Source of the DNA: Marsupella aquatica
Lineage: Eukaryota > Plantae > Marchantiophyta
NCBI GenBank assembly: GCA_973895155.1
Contig: OZ316894.1
Span: forward strand, 7,092,234-7,156,233
Reading direction: 5' to 3'
DNA: 64,000 nt
Shown here: piece after piece, positions 12,381 through 24,022 of the stretch
How positions within the stretch are numbered: position 1 is the first letter of the stretch
How the letters are laid out: every line of letters begins with the position of its first letter
The notes under the pieces: generated by a model
Seen by the model: the letters and a program-made list of their open reading frames with translations, nothing else
Databases searched by the model: none
What the model was told of the DNA's origin: nothing
Made by a program: the position numbers and the translations under genes

Positions 12381-13559
12381 GTTGTGGTAACCACGTTATC
12401 ATAGTCGAGGTCATAGCAGAAAGTGTCATTGCAAACATGTTATCATTGCAAAATGTTATAGTGGCTGAAACGTTGTCATCTAGACTATAATTCTCAATTG
12501 CAATCTACCATTCATGACCTATTCAGTAGAGTGAAGCCAATAGGCTAGAATTTCTCTACTCTATTTTCTTTGGTAGCAGAAAAATTTGATAATTAGATTC
12601 TACTTGTGAGTAAAGGACCTTGGTGAGGATGGCATAATAGGAGTCTGGGTATAAGGAACATTTCCCGTGTATGCACTCTGGTTTTCAGGCTAGTTGCACA
12701 AATGCATGTAGTCTACATAGAAGTAACGGATTGGTGGCACAAACGGGTAGGAAGACTCAGGGTGAGAAGCAAGGCTAGCAGAGACATAGGGACAGGTCAA
12801 GCAAGTGTGCAGGGCAGAAGGAAATTTGACTACCAATGAGCCATGATCTCCTCCTCTCCCACTTGCCTACTATGTCATCCCCCTGGTTTTGGGAATCAAA
12901 TGGCCACCAGAAAAATGTCACATAAATCGGATGACCTCTATTTAAACTCCTTGAATTTTCTTATGCCCCTTTCCATTTATTCTTTCCCATTTACTTTTTA
13001 AATTTTTTAACTCTTCACTTGACCCTTTTCCATCCTGCCATCCATGTGAATTGAAGAGTGTTTGTTGGGTTGGAGAAGGCAATGGAGGAATGGGGGCTGT
13101 AGGACAAATTAATTGAGGGTAAAGATGAACATTGTCGGATTTCTTCTCTCGACATATAAGATAGAAGTCAATTGATAGTCATTTGACTTGAGTCTATCTT
13201 ATCAATTGTTAGTCATTTGTTCTTTTAATGTTTTCATGATGTTGTTTCTGTGCTACCGAGGTACGTTAACATCCAAAGATGCATTAAAAAGGTTTTAGCC
13301 ATAAATTTGTTGTGTCAACCCTGTTTTGGCTGAGATTTTTATGTTGCTACCTAGCTTTGGGTCCTACTACTACATGAATTTGAAAAAAGTGGAATTCATG
13401 AAGCTTTGCCATGACTCTCATCAATCCAATCAGATGAAAGGGATTGAAGAAAATCTAACATATATAAAAAGAAAAAAAAGTGAGAGAATTGGAGGGAAAA
13501 TGTGTGGAAGGTTAGGGTTAATAAATGTGGGGTTGCAAGTTTAGGCTTAATACACATTA

Positions 13560-13780
13560 TATATCAACTTTTAAATACTGCCACTAAAGATATTCTAATT
13601 GACAATATTATCACTAATTTTTTGTATTTATAAAAATATTACATTTTAGTATATGGATGCCAAGTTTACCAAGGTAACTATATAGAGAAACCATGACATT
13701 TGTGTAAATACAAAAAAAATAGTAATAGTATTGTAGACTTAAATATCTTTAGTGCCAATGTACTTTAAAGCTGCATTATA
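13560..13780. mobile_element. AT-rich foldback / MITE-like element
   Basis: Long imperfect inverted repeat: CACTAAAGATATT..ACAATATTATCACTAATTTTTTGTATTTA on the left versus TAAATACAAAAAAAATAGTAATAGTATTGT..AATATCTTTAGTG on the right. Confidence 0.7.
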
Positions 13781-14149
13781 TATATGTAATTCTCATTCTC
13801 CCCCAGCAATGGCCCAACACAAGAAAGTGATAACACCATTATTTTTATACTAAATCTCTTTCCCCTCAACCGAGTTTCAGTGACTACCAGCTCATCTCAT
13901 TGGTTGTGGGAAATGTTTGGCTTGAAGTGCCACCATATGACATTTAGGGCTGCGTAATGCTACAAAGGAGATTGCTTCGCTTACATACGTGGTGAAACAA
14001 GAGTAATGCTTGAGGTCAATGCGAAAATGATTTCCAATGACCATTGTGGGAGGGCATTTGTAAATCTCTCCAAAGCATTAAAGCAGGGGTCCAATAACTA
14101 ATTTGGTACCTCTTTGTTGCATCTTTAGACAATACTCAAACCTATGCTT

Positions 14150-14261
14150 AAACTTTCTTAACTAGGCATGATGGGTGACTCTTTCTGGATAAGATAGTGA
14201 CACTTAAAAACTTTCTTCACTAGGCATGATTGGTGACTCTTTCTTGACTAAGAAGTGACAA
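14150..14261. repeat. ~59-bp tandem duplication
   Basis: AAACTTTCTT.ACTAGGCATGAT.GGTGACTCTTTCT.GA..AAG..GTGACA occurs twice. Confidence 0.75.
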
Positions 14262-14503
14262 AAAAGTGACACAACATGGCAAAAGGAGCACGAAACAAAT
14301 GATTTGGATGCAGAATTTTTGGCAACCAAATCAGTGTAAAAATGCTTTTATGTACGAAGACCTTGGAAATGAAAAGGTTAATTTGTGTATGAACTCCTTG
14401 ATTTTTGTCTATATCTACGGCTTACTGGAGAGGAGGTGCCATTAGCGCAAGTGATTAGTTAGGGCCAGGAGAAAGTTTGTGTTTGATTGTTTCGCTGATT
14501 CCG

Positions 14504-14851
14504 GTCAAATTTCGTAAATTCATGGGTGGGATTCAAAATTCCCATATTCACAAGGTCAAAATTTGAGCACATCAAAATTATCACAATTCTTGTGCCACTA
14601 ATCACTATGGAGATTGCACTGTCTAAACTACAACAACCTGCCGATATATTACTATTACAACTACCAGGAGGCAGTTAGTCAAATTTCGTAAATTCATGGG
14701 TGGGATTCAAAATTCCCATATTCACAAGGTCAAAATTTGAGCACATCAAAATTATCACTATTCTTGTGCCACTCATCACTATGGAGATTGCACTGTCTAA
14801 ACTACAACAACCTGCCGATATATTACTATTACAACTACCAGGAGGCAGTTA
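14504..14851. repeat. Recent 174-bp tandem duplication (2 copies)
   Basis: Copies start at 14504 and 14678, with about 2 substitutions seen. The second copy is followed by GTTAAAT, which resembles the unit start GTCAAAT. Confidence 0.92.
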
Positions 14852-15061
14852 GTTAAATACATGAAATTTCGCAGATAGCGTTGCAGCAGACTCATTCTGA
14901 GCGTGTAATTATTACCGCATTTCAAGAGAAGTAACACTGTCGTCGAAATTTTCATAGTTGAGAATCTCTCTGCTCAAGACTTCAATTGAAGAGTTTCGTA
15001 CACTTATTTGTTGAAGAGGTAGAGCACTTGTCGATGACCAGAGACGGTACCACAGATCAAG

Positions 15062-18000
15062 TCATCTCCCACGAGAGCCTTTCGGTTGTTTGGATGGTTT
15101 CATGGGCAAAAAGATCGACAAATTGTCTCCCCTTGAGCTGCTCCCGCTCAAGTCCAAAGGAATCTTGCCACTTGCCAGTTCTGCTGCCTGCTGCTTCAGA
15201 ACTTGAAATAAGGACGGTCCTCTAAGCTTTGTTTCCTTTGGTAAGGAACTCTTTGGTCGGGAGGACGCACCTTTTTGAGTGGAATGGAAATTTGAATTTG
15301 CCTTCGGTGCATCGACCACGTTCGCTCTTCCAGTCTGACACAGTCGCCAGCCAACATCACTGAAATGTAAGCACTAACTTTCCTAGTGGACGAGACAAGT
15401 GATGGGCTACAGGTCAATTTAGCGTTGGGGAACGATAACTATCTTAACCGTTTGCTACCCTAAACAAAATGCAAACAGTAAAGATAATTATCATTCCGCA
15501 ACGCTAAAGACCTACAATTATCGTTCCCCAACGCTAAATTTGCTACTGTAGCAAAGAGCTGATTTGTGCCTTGAAACATTTCACTCAATTGCGGTAAGAG
15601 AAACAGCATAGACTGTTGGGTAGCTCGCAAGAAGAGGCAGAATCTAAGTATGCAAAGAGGTTCTACCAACTTATTCCGTACTAAGGATGTCTTTTACCTG
15701 CTCCTTGTCATCGAGCCGACTAGCGTCTCTGCTGTCCCTGCTATTACTATCATCACGCCCAAACACATACGATCGAGAACTTCCAGATCCCTGTCTTGTT
15801 GTCGCAGACACTGTGGTCACCTTACGCCGCAAAAAAGATGACTACAAAGGCAAAAGGAATACAAGTTCAAATATCCATTTTAGCTTTGCAATTTCAGGGT
15901 TTGAGACAAGAAGGGCATAACGACGACCAATGGCACACTAGTTTTTTCTTGGGCATAAACAGCTGAAGTCTGAAACGGAACTCTGCAGTATGGAGCTCAA
16001 CCTGATGTTGAAGTGATGGTGGTTGATGATAGATGGTGCCACTCGAACGGGCCTCGTTATGCACTGTCCACACAAAAACCAAGATGGATTGGAATTAAAT
16101 GACTTGAAGCAAAACTAGAGAATTTATGCTTTGACGAAGAACAAGCACTTCATGTAACCGAGATACCAACCTGTAGTGGTTCTGGGTTTGATTGCCGCTA
16201 CATTTACTTTGTTGATAAGACCCAAAATCTCTCTTGAAGACTCATCGTCAGCCACGGACAGAAATTCGATCTTCTCCTCCTGCCATTCCAACAAGAGTTT
16301 CACTGAGATAAAACAATCCGCCCATCCCTCAGCTGCAGAATTTAGCACCCTGAAGTTGTTTTGGATGAAGAGTAAAGGTATTCCAAAACCGTAAGCTGTA
16401 CCGTCATCATTGAATTGTCATCAGACTCAAATCAGCAACAGGTTCGTCCCCAGATTATATTGCTGAAGGGACTGGAGATTTTACACAAGTTGACATTAAC
16501 TTTCTTACCGATTCCTGGAGGAAAAGTTGGCGACGAAGATTCTCTTCAGCTTCTTCGTCATCAGAAGATTCTTGATAATCGTCCTGTTGCGTTGGATCGG
16601 CACTATCTTGATCCGTACTACCAGAATTTTTCGCTGTTTCGAGAAGGCGATCATCGTCCTGTTTGCTGAGAACTTCAAAAGTGCTTCCAAAACCACCGGA
16701 TGCCGGCTCGCCAAGTCTTCCAATGCTTCCAAATGGTCTGACGACAGTATCACCTTTGGACGGTCTGTCCTGACTATCGCTAAGAAGTGCAGGCATCTCC
16801 TTCTTTCCTTTGGTTTTCCACCCGGTTTCTATTCGCTGCAAGATGTTGTCCTCCATGGCAAGGTCTTGCTGTTCCAGCCATTTGCTGTGGAGTTCTGCAC
16901 GACGTTCAACATCTGCTAGCTTCTCACCGGCATCCTGAGTCAGAAGATCATGCAGCTCTCCGGCTGTCTCCTGTCCTTCATCGTCTTCATCATCCAGGGA
17001 GTCGTCTTCCTCGTCCTCATCTTCAGCTTCATCGTCAACTAGGCCCCGAACATCTGCTACTATAGGGATGATTTCCGGGAGAGATCTTACACTCGGGTCT
17101 CTGTTTTCCTTTTCAACATCTTCTTCAAGCCATCTGACCAGCGAGAAACAGGAAGACACAAAATCATATCCATGAGGATATATCAAAAGAGATTTGTCAT
17201 GTCATTGGGGCAAAACAAACGAACTTTAGGAGCTCTTATACTTCCGCCTCATAAGTACTATAGGAACTAGCACATAGCATGTCATCGTATGGAAATTACG
17301 GAGTAAACCTTGTAATTCAGTGTCACGGAAAACAAGATTTAGCGCTTGAGCTTCATTGTACCTGTCATCATCCTGAGTTTCACTATCACGATGCAAATTC
17401 ATTCTATTCGCCACAACAGGAATGACGTCTTCGTCATCTCCTTGGCTATCGTCTTTGAGACTCAACTGAGAGTCAGAATACAGATCCTGCAATCCCACCG
17501 AATTAGACTGAGGAAACCTGGATCGTTAAATCACTCTCGCCTCTTTTCTGGTATCTTTCAGAAAAGTTAATCCTGTCGCAGCAGCCAAGTAGTAAAGAAC
17601 TCAGGAATTGGGCAACGCAGAGTAACGAAGCTGTGGAGGCTCATTTCACCTGTGATTCCAGCAGCGGTGCACGCAAGAAGGATTTTGGTGGACTTTTACA
17701 TCCGGAATTCTGCAAAGGCTCAAGTAAGCGAAAATCAGCATCTCGTCTGGACACGATTACTTGGGGAGATAACCCCTATATTAAGCAATTGAGCTTTTCA
17801 TTCTGTAACGTTGAGTACCAAAGATCACCACACACCGAGTTAGACCGATCCAACTGGATGTCTGGCGTCCTCGGCTGGCTCCCAAGGCCATCTCCTGCGT
17901 CATCCATGTCGTCCACTGGTATTGGATTTTCATCGGGCTGTAACAACCGTGAAGAGGATTAGCAAGAGCTGAAACGTGTTTCAAAACATTGACAATACTG

Positions 18001-19606
18001 AGGGATTTGGCACCCATCCAATTAGGAGAATTTCAAGAGGGTTCCTCATGGCACCGCCTTAGATTGAGGGTCTAAGATACAAGCCTCACCTACACTACTC
18101 GTTTACAAGAACAATCGTCCAAACTCCAAGTCATTCACATAAAATTCACCTCATCTCTGGGAACACCCGAAGTCGAGGGCTCGCCAGGCTCCTGCTTCAC
18201 CACCAGTCGGATTGGAGGCTTAGACATAACAAACTCAATCTCGTCATCTACTGTGCCCTCGCACAAAACATGCTTCTGCTCCAAAGTGATTTTGAGTGTG
18301 CTTCGTAGAGTTGACGTTGAACACTTAGCCAAACTGAATCAACGACAGGTCAATCAAGAATAAATCCAGCTTATCAGTCCTGGGCCCATCCAATAATCTC
18401 AATCTGATGGTGCCTAAACCTGTATAATATCTAGAGCATCCATATCGAACTTGCAAAGCTCCTATGTCCAGATAACGTACAGGCACTCCAGATAGTGATA
18501 TCCGTAAATTTTCAACCTTGTCCATTGATTTGTCAGCTAGGGGTTGATCTGGTCACTCCGTTCTCCCTAAATATGCACTGGAAATGAATGCAGAATCGAT
18601 AGGTCGACAACGCTGCATGGGGACTACTGGAGAGAAATGACCCATATATATCAGAAACTGCTCACTTACCTGTTAGAAAGTTGGAGCTTGCGCTGGCGTA
18701 TTTTCTCGATCAAACTTGAGACGGGCTTCTTCATCGCTTGCTCCGGCACAAAAGATGCCCCGGGCGTTTCTGTATTTTACAGAGCATCACATCAGAACAG
18801 ACGCCATCATGAGGCAACTTGACAACTCCATTCGCCGAGTCAAACTCAATCTTTCACTCAGAACTCCTGACAATGCAAGAGCTCAATCCTCTTGCTCACG
18901 AAACAGACAAATTTCGTGAAAGGAATCCACAAGCTAATAACCGAAGGAACAATTTGAGTTGAAACAAGCCGAATGAGACGACGCAAAGGGCATGGCGCAA
19001 ACCTCGCAACAGCCTTTGAGTCTCTGCGTGGAGATCTTCAATTTCCTCTCTAGCCTGCGATAGGGAAAGGAAAATTCAGGTCAGACCTGTCTGTAAGGCA
19101 TTTATTTCGAAAACCAGAGTATCAAAGAGAACACCTCAGTTCGAATCTTCAACCATGAAAAACAACCAGTGTCTAGACCACCTGAGAATCCTCACGCCAC
19201 CCCTAAGAGCCTGGACAGGTCCTACGGACACGGACAGAGAACCACGACAACTAATCACTATCTGCTATTGAAGGTAGCTTGTCCGCTGCAGACTCCGAGT
19301 TAGCAAAACAATTCGCGGGCTCACTGCTAGACCTAGAAACGGAAGAAGAAGAAGAAGAAGAATCACCTTCTTCGACTTCCGCGGAGCAACTTTATTAGTC
19401 TCATTCTCAGGAAGCTTGTCCGCTCTCCCGGACATCGAACTACTCTTCTCAGCACCGCTTGGGGATTTCCTCTTGTTCACATTGGAGTCGGAGGGAGGCG
19501 ACAGCTCATCGCCATTCGAACCTTTCCCGTCGCTGCTGCTGCTGCTGCTTCCTTTCCTGCCTTCATCCATACCCTCCATGGCATCAAATCCCTCCTCAGC
19601 ATCCAT
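15062..19606 (-). CDS. Putative Claspin/Mrc1-like replication-fork protein (multi-exon, acidic)
   Basis: Exons read by eye: 19606-19367, 19054-19003, 18769-18670, 18333-18150, several small exons 17940-17360, ~17130-16510, ~16280-16170, ~16060-16000, 15841-15698, and a last exon ending at 15062. Motifs: EDLHAETQRLLRE..KPVSSLIEKIRQRK; ESQDLYSDSQ; LVDDEAEDEDEE..LHSKWLEQQD; SFL..RSYVFGRDDSNS; SLFQVLK. The gene model is well supported; the family call is inferred from remembered motifs. Confidence 0.7.
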
Positions 19607-20170
19607 CTAACGTTTCTCTGTAGAATGCCGCTGAGCTCTTAGCAGCCAAACTTTTTCGAAAAGTCACCAGACGTTTCCTTCTAAGCGCATCTTCGACTGA
19701 ATGCAACAACTATGTGCGATGACGAGCCCTTCGAAAGACAGCGGAGAGCCGGCGCCATATCGATCGATCAATATATCGGTAGAACTGTACTTCGGTGCAC
19801 TCTCGCGAGCAACATTATTTTGCTTCTCTCTGCCTGCGTGCGTGTGTTGTGAGTGCTGAATTGATCGGAGCTGTCGGGCTGTCGGGCTGTCGGGCTGTGA
19901 GTGAGGAGAACAGCAACGGAGTTTGTACGAGACTCCCGTCGTGACGAGGAGCTCGAGCAGAATTTGAAAGGGGGGCAATCCCGCCACTACACTACTACAG
20001 TACTTCGGTCGAGCTTCTGTGAGTAGTGGACTAGTGCCGCTCACCTCCCGTAATCCATCCTATTACACTGTAATATGATGTCTGCGCGTGTCATCGTTGC
20101 GCTTGAACATGGTGACTCTGTAATTCAGGAATTGTTTATAATTAAAACATACAGCTTCAAGTGGCAGATA

Positions 20171-20242
20171 ACGACCGTAGTCCAACGGTTAGGATAATTG
20201 CCTTCCAAGCAATAGACCCGGGTTCAACTCCCGGCGGTCGTA
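20171..20242 (+). tRNA. tRNA-Gly (anticodon TCC) with A1:U72 acceptor stem
   Basis: Full cloverleaf: acceptor ACGACCG/CGGTCGT, D stem GTCC/GGAT, anticodon stem ATTGC/GCAAT with loop CTTCCAA, T stem CCGGG/CCCGG with loop TTCAACT, discriminator A. A TATA-like TATAATTAAAA lies ~25-34 nt upstream. Confidence 0.92.
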
Positions 20243-20366
20243 CTTATTTCCAAGGTGAAAAAGAGTTTCTTCTCCCTTTGAAATTGGTTGAAGCATTCCT
20301 GGATGAGTGGTGGAAAAGTGTAAACCCTTCTTGTTACTCTTGGACAATTTATGCTTGGTAGACTTG

Positions 20367-20545
20367 GGCAAGTGTGTTTTAGGAGGAGGATTAACAAAGA
20401 GATTTAAAATCCAGCTCGTGAGGGAAGGAGTTAGGCTAGGAGGAGTTGTAAGTAGTGGGAGGGCAAGCGTGTTTTAGGAGGAGGATTAAAAAGAGGTTTA
20501 AATCCAGCTCGTGAGGGAAGGAGGAGTTTAGGTTAGGAGGAGTCA
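20367..20545. repeat. ~95-bp GA-rich tandem duplication
   Basis: GGCAAG.GTGTTTTAGGAGGAGGATTAA..AAATCCAGCTCGTGAGGGAAGGAG..TAGG.TAGGAGGAGT occurs twice. Confidence 0.85.
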
Positions 20546-21489
20546 CTACCTCACCAGGCCATTTAAATGGGCTGGTGAAGTAGTGACTCTTGGAATTATG
20601 TTTACGAGCAGTGGTGAGTCTACGAGCAGTGGCGAGTCCTGGCAAAATTATATTTAGGAGAGTTGCAGGTATTCGCAAAGTTCTGTTATGGAGGGCAAGG
20701 CACCCTATTTCGTATTTCAAGCATTTTTGCGCACTGTGATGCAGTATAGCGAGAAGATTCTAAGCACCCCAATACAGCAGTCCAGTTGCATAATGTTTTG
20801 GTGAAGTTAGGAATTGAACTGCCGGCCTGTCCAATATTGCCTGCCCCCTTGATTACATCTCAGATGTTCATAGTATGAAATCGCTGATGACACAATTGAT
20901 GATCATATTTGTTACCTCCTAAACTCTCGACTGAAGCAGACATTGATGAAAATTCACCATTAAATAAATACACCAGCCCAGGGCATTGTCTTGCATCTCG
21001 CAAGATATTTAACATTGCAACCATTAAAGTAGGACTGAAATTTACTCTGAAAAACTTTACAGGTGGATATCCAGCGTACTATTTCTTATCGTTTCTACAT
21101 TGACATCCTCTCTTCACCCTACATTGATACATCCCACTATGATGTTCTCGAGTCCTGAGACAGGTAATGGCAGGCCTTCAATTTGTCATGAACCTCCAGT
21201 CTTTCCACCTCATCCGTGTGACCCAACCAGTCCACCAAGGCATTTTACTAGGGCGACTCAAAGCTTCATAGTTACAGAAGATGGCTTTCGGCCATAAACA
21301 AATCCGTGTGAGCCAACCAGTCAAAGGCATTATCAGTTATCAGTCAGTCTGGTTCACTACTACAGAGCATGTAGGACATTCTCGCAGAGTTTCAGAAGGC
21401 ATGACGCCGGAGTCAGGTTTCATACAAATGCAGCTTTTGTCTTTAGGCAGCATCCGCTATGCTGTAGGATCAGAGAAATTCTGTCTGCG

Positions 21490-24022
21490 TTACTCTTGTG
21501 CTTGGTCGGATAGCTCTGTCAAGTATTTTTCATTGGCTCGCTGCCAAAGTTGTTCCATACCATCCACGTGAGCCAGACCCACAACAGCCACCACCTTCCC
21601 CTTCAAGTTCCTCAAAGCCTTCACCATGACCTCGTTTCTCTCTGACACGAGTGCCTGTACAAAATAGAGGTGGCAGAACCTTTAGAATCGTCCCGTATTG
21701 ATTCAAAGCCAAAGCCAAATTGAATACACTATCACGCCAACCTACAACAATATGAGTACGAAGCATACTGCAGAACACTGTGAAGTCAAATAATGCAGAT
21801 GTGTTCAGAATTAAGTTGTACGAAAGTCATCAGTGTGCTAGAATGTACGAAGATTTACCTTGTAAATGGCTGGTGCTCCTTTCTCCATTTCCTCATTGAA
21901 CCGTCGTACAACCTTGCGATCTCTCATTCTCTCAAACATATCCTCATCGGAAGCGTATTTTCCACCAATAGACTGTGCAATGTCTTCAGGCATCCGTTGG
22001 CCAAAAAATCTAAAAGCATCTTCAACTGACATGTTCAGGTTAAATCTCCCCATTTGCTTCAGGGTGGTATCAATATCCTGGTCACCCAATACAATCTTTG
22101 CTCCCACTCTCTTCCCCTCCTTTATTGCCACCTGCAAAAATTCGTTGAGAAGGTTCTCGGTTACACACAGTTCTAGAACCAATCTGAGGTTTTCAGGGAT
22201 GATAGTTAATTGAACTACACGTATGAATGGATAAACCGCTTCCATTGATAAGCTTCAGGCCACACAAATCTCCACAACATCGCCTATTTGCATGCATAGA
22301 AAGGAAGGAAAAAGAAATAGGCAAATACCTGAAATTCTTTCCCAGGATGGAAGCCACGATAAGATAGTAGTTTGTAGAAGCTTGAAAGCCCAATCCCTAT
22401 TATCTTTCCCACCACGCCAACGTTCCCATTCGTCAGCATCCGGACCATTTGCTCCATAAATGCCATCGGATTGTCCCTTTGGCTGTTGTCCATAGCAGCA
22501 GAGCGTTCCATATTTTCATACCTCTTCCGACACAACTCCACCATCACAAAGTCCGGCTTTACTCTCTCAATTACCTGAGCACCAATATTAGGAAACCGTA
22601 ACGGGTAAGCACTAGGACCTCAGGCTTCTGAAATCTTCAAGAAATTTTTGCAAATCAATCTACATCTCAAACTGAAGCAATCATAGTCCCATCAACTTAT
22701 TTGGAGATGATTGAAAGCATTCACAGAGAGCAAAACAGGAATTTGCTTGATTTGATTACTTCACTGGCTTCATAGTAGACATCGCATACAAATCCCACAA
22801 TTTCTTAGCTAATGGGAACCAGTCAATGTACCAAGCAGAATCATGTGCACAAATAAAACATGAAATATGAGTGAGTGCCGAAGGACAGAATGCTTACGTC
22901 TCTGACTTCATCGACACTCTTCTGTGAGACGTGGGACGTGCCCACTAGATAAATCTCCGCCCCATTGGACTCGTTCTTCAGGTAGATGACAGTCCCGTTG
23001 CTTTGAGCAAACTCCGGACCAATAGAAGCTGAAGTGGGGGTAGACTTCCTGCTTTCGTCTTCCACCACCTTCTCTCTTGTCTCTGGAGCTGCTGCTGCTG
23101 CTGTCCTGCCAGATTCTTCTTGCCTCCTTCTCTGGCCTCTGAGCCTCTCCTCCTGATTCCTGTTATTTTCTCTGCCTTCCTCTCTAGATCTCCACTGCTC
23201 CTCCAGCTTGGCTCGCTGCTCTCTCTTCTCCCTGTCCCATTCCCTCATGTAGTCATACAGGGATGAAAAATCCCCAGTCCTCAAGTCTCTTCCTTCACGC
23301 TCAGTCCTTCTCCCCTCCCGATCGCTGCTTTGAGTGACTCTCGGACTTTCTCGCTCAGCCTTTAAGCGTTTCTCCAATTCTTTCATCAATTCATAGGTGG
23401 ACGCTCCAAGACCAACTGTCGTCCCCTCCTCTTCGGCCTTGGGAGACTGTTGCTGACCATTTTCGCCATCACTGTCTTTCCTACTTGCTGCCTGCTCGGC
23501 CCTCAATCTCTTCTCCAGCTCCCGGAGCAGAGAGAATTCAGATGAGCTTCTGGTCGTGTTCCTCTCTCCATCCGTTCGAGCCTTGATCTCCCTCTCGACC
23601 ATCTCTCGAAACCTCTCCTGCTGTGCCCGTTGCCTCCTCTCCCATTCTCTCCTCGCTTGAGTTCCCCGACCTCCAGCTCTTCCAGGGGGGCCAAGTGGCA
23701 TGAAAAATACTCTTCCTCCTCCTCTTCCTTGAAATCCTCTAAAGCATTCAGCACGAGCAGCACTCGTCTGCCCGTCAACAGAATCGTACCTCTCGAAACC
23801 CAATTCACAGAGAGAGGACTCCCCATCGCCGCACCCATACAGAGAGTCGCCCAGAAACCCACTCCTTTCCACAGCTAAACGAGCTCGAATTCCATTCGTT
23901 AGACCAGAAACTTGAATCCTACTTCCCTTGATGCTTGAACTGCCCCAGGGAGCAGCAGAGCACAAATTGCTACCAAGCAGAGCAGACACGGGCACCGAGG
24001 ATCCTGCTACCACCGCGGCCAT
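21490..24022 (-). CDS. TraB-domain protein with transit-peptide-like N-terminus and long charged extension
   Basis: Exons 24022-22898, 22574-22329, 22131-21859, 21654-21490. TraB motifs IYLVGTSHVS, KPDFVMVELC, PGKEF, IVLGDQDI, LVSERNEVM, VVAVVGLAHVDGM. Confidence 0.88.

Noticed and set aside
20243-20380. Box C/D snoRNA after the tRNA
   Set aside because: Only a partial GATGA and no CTGA box D.
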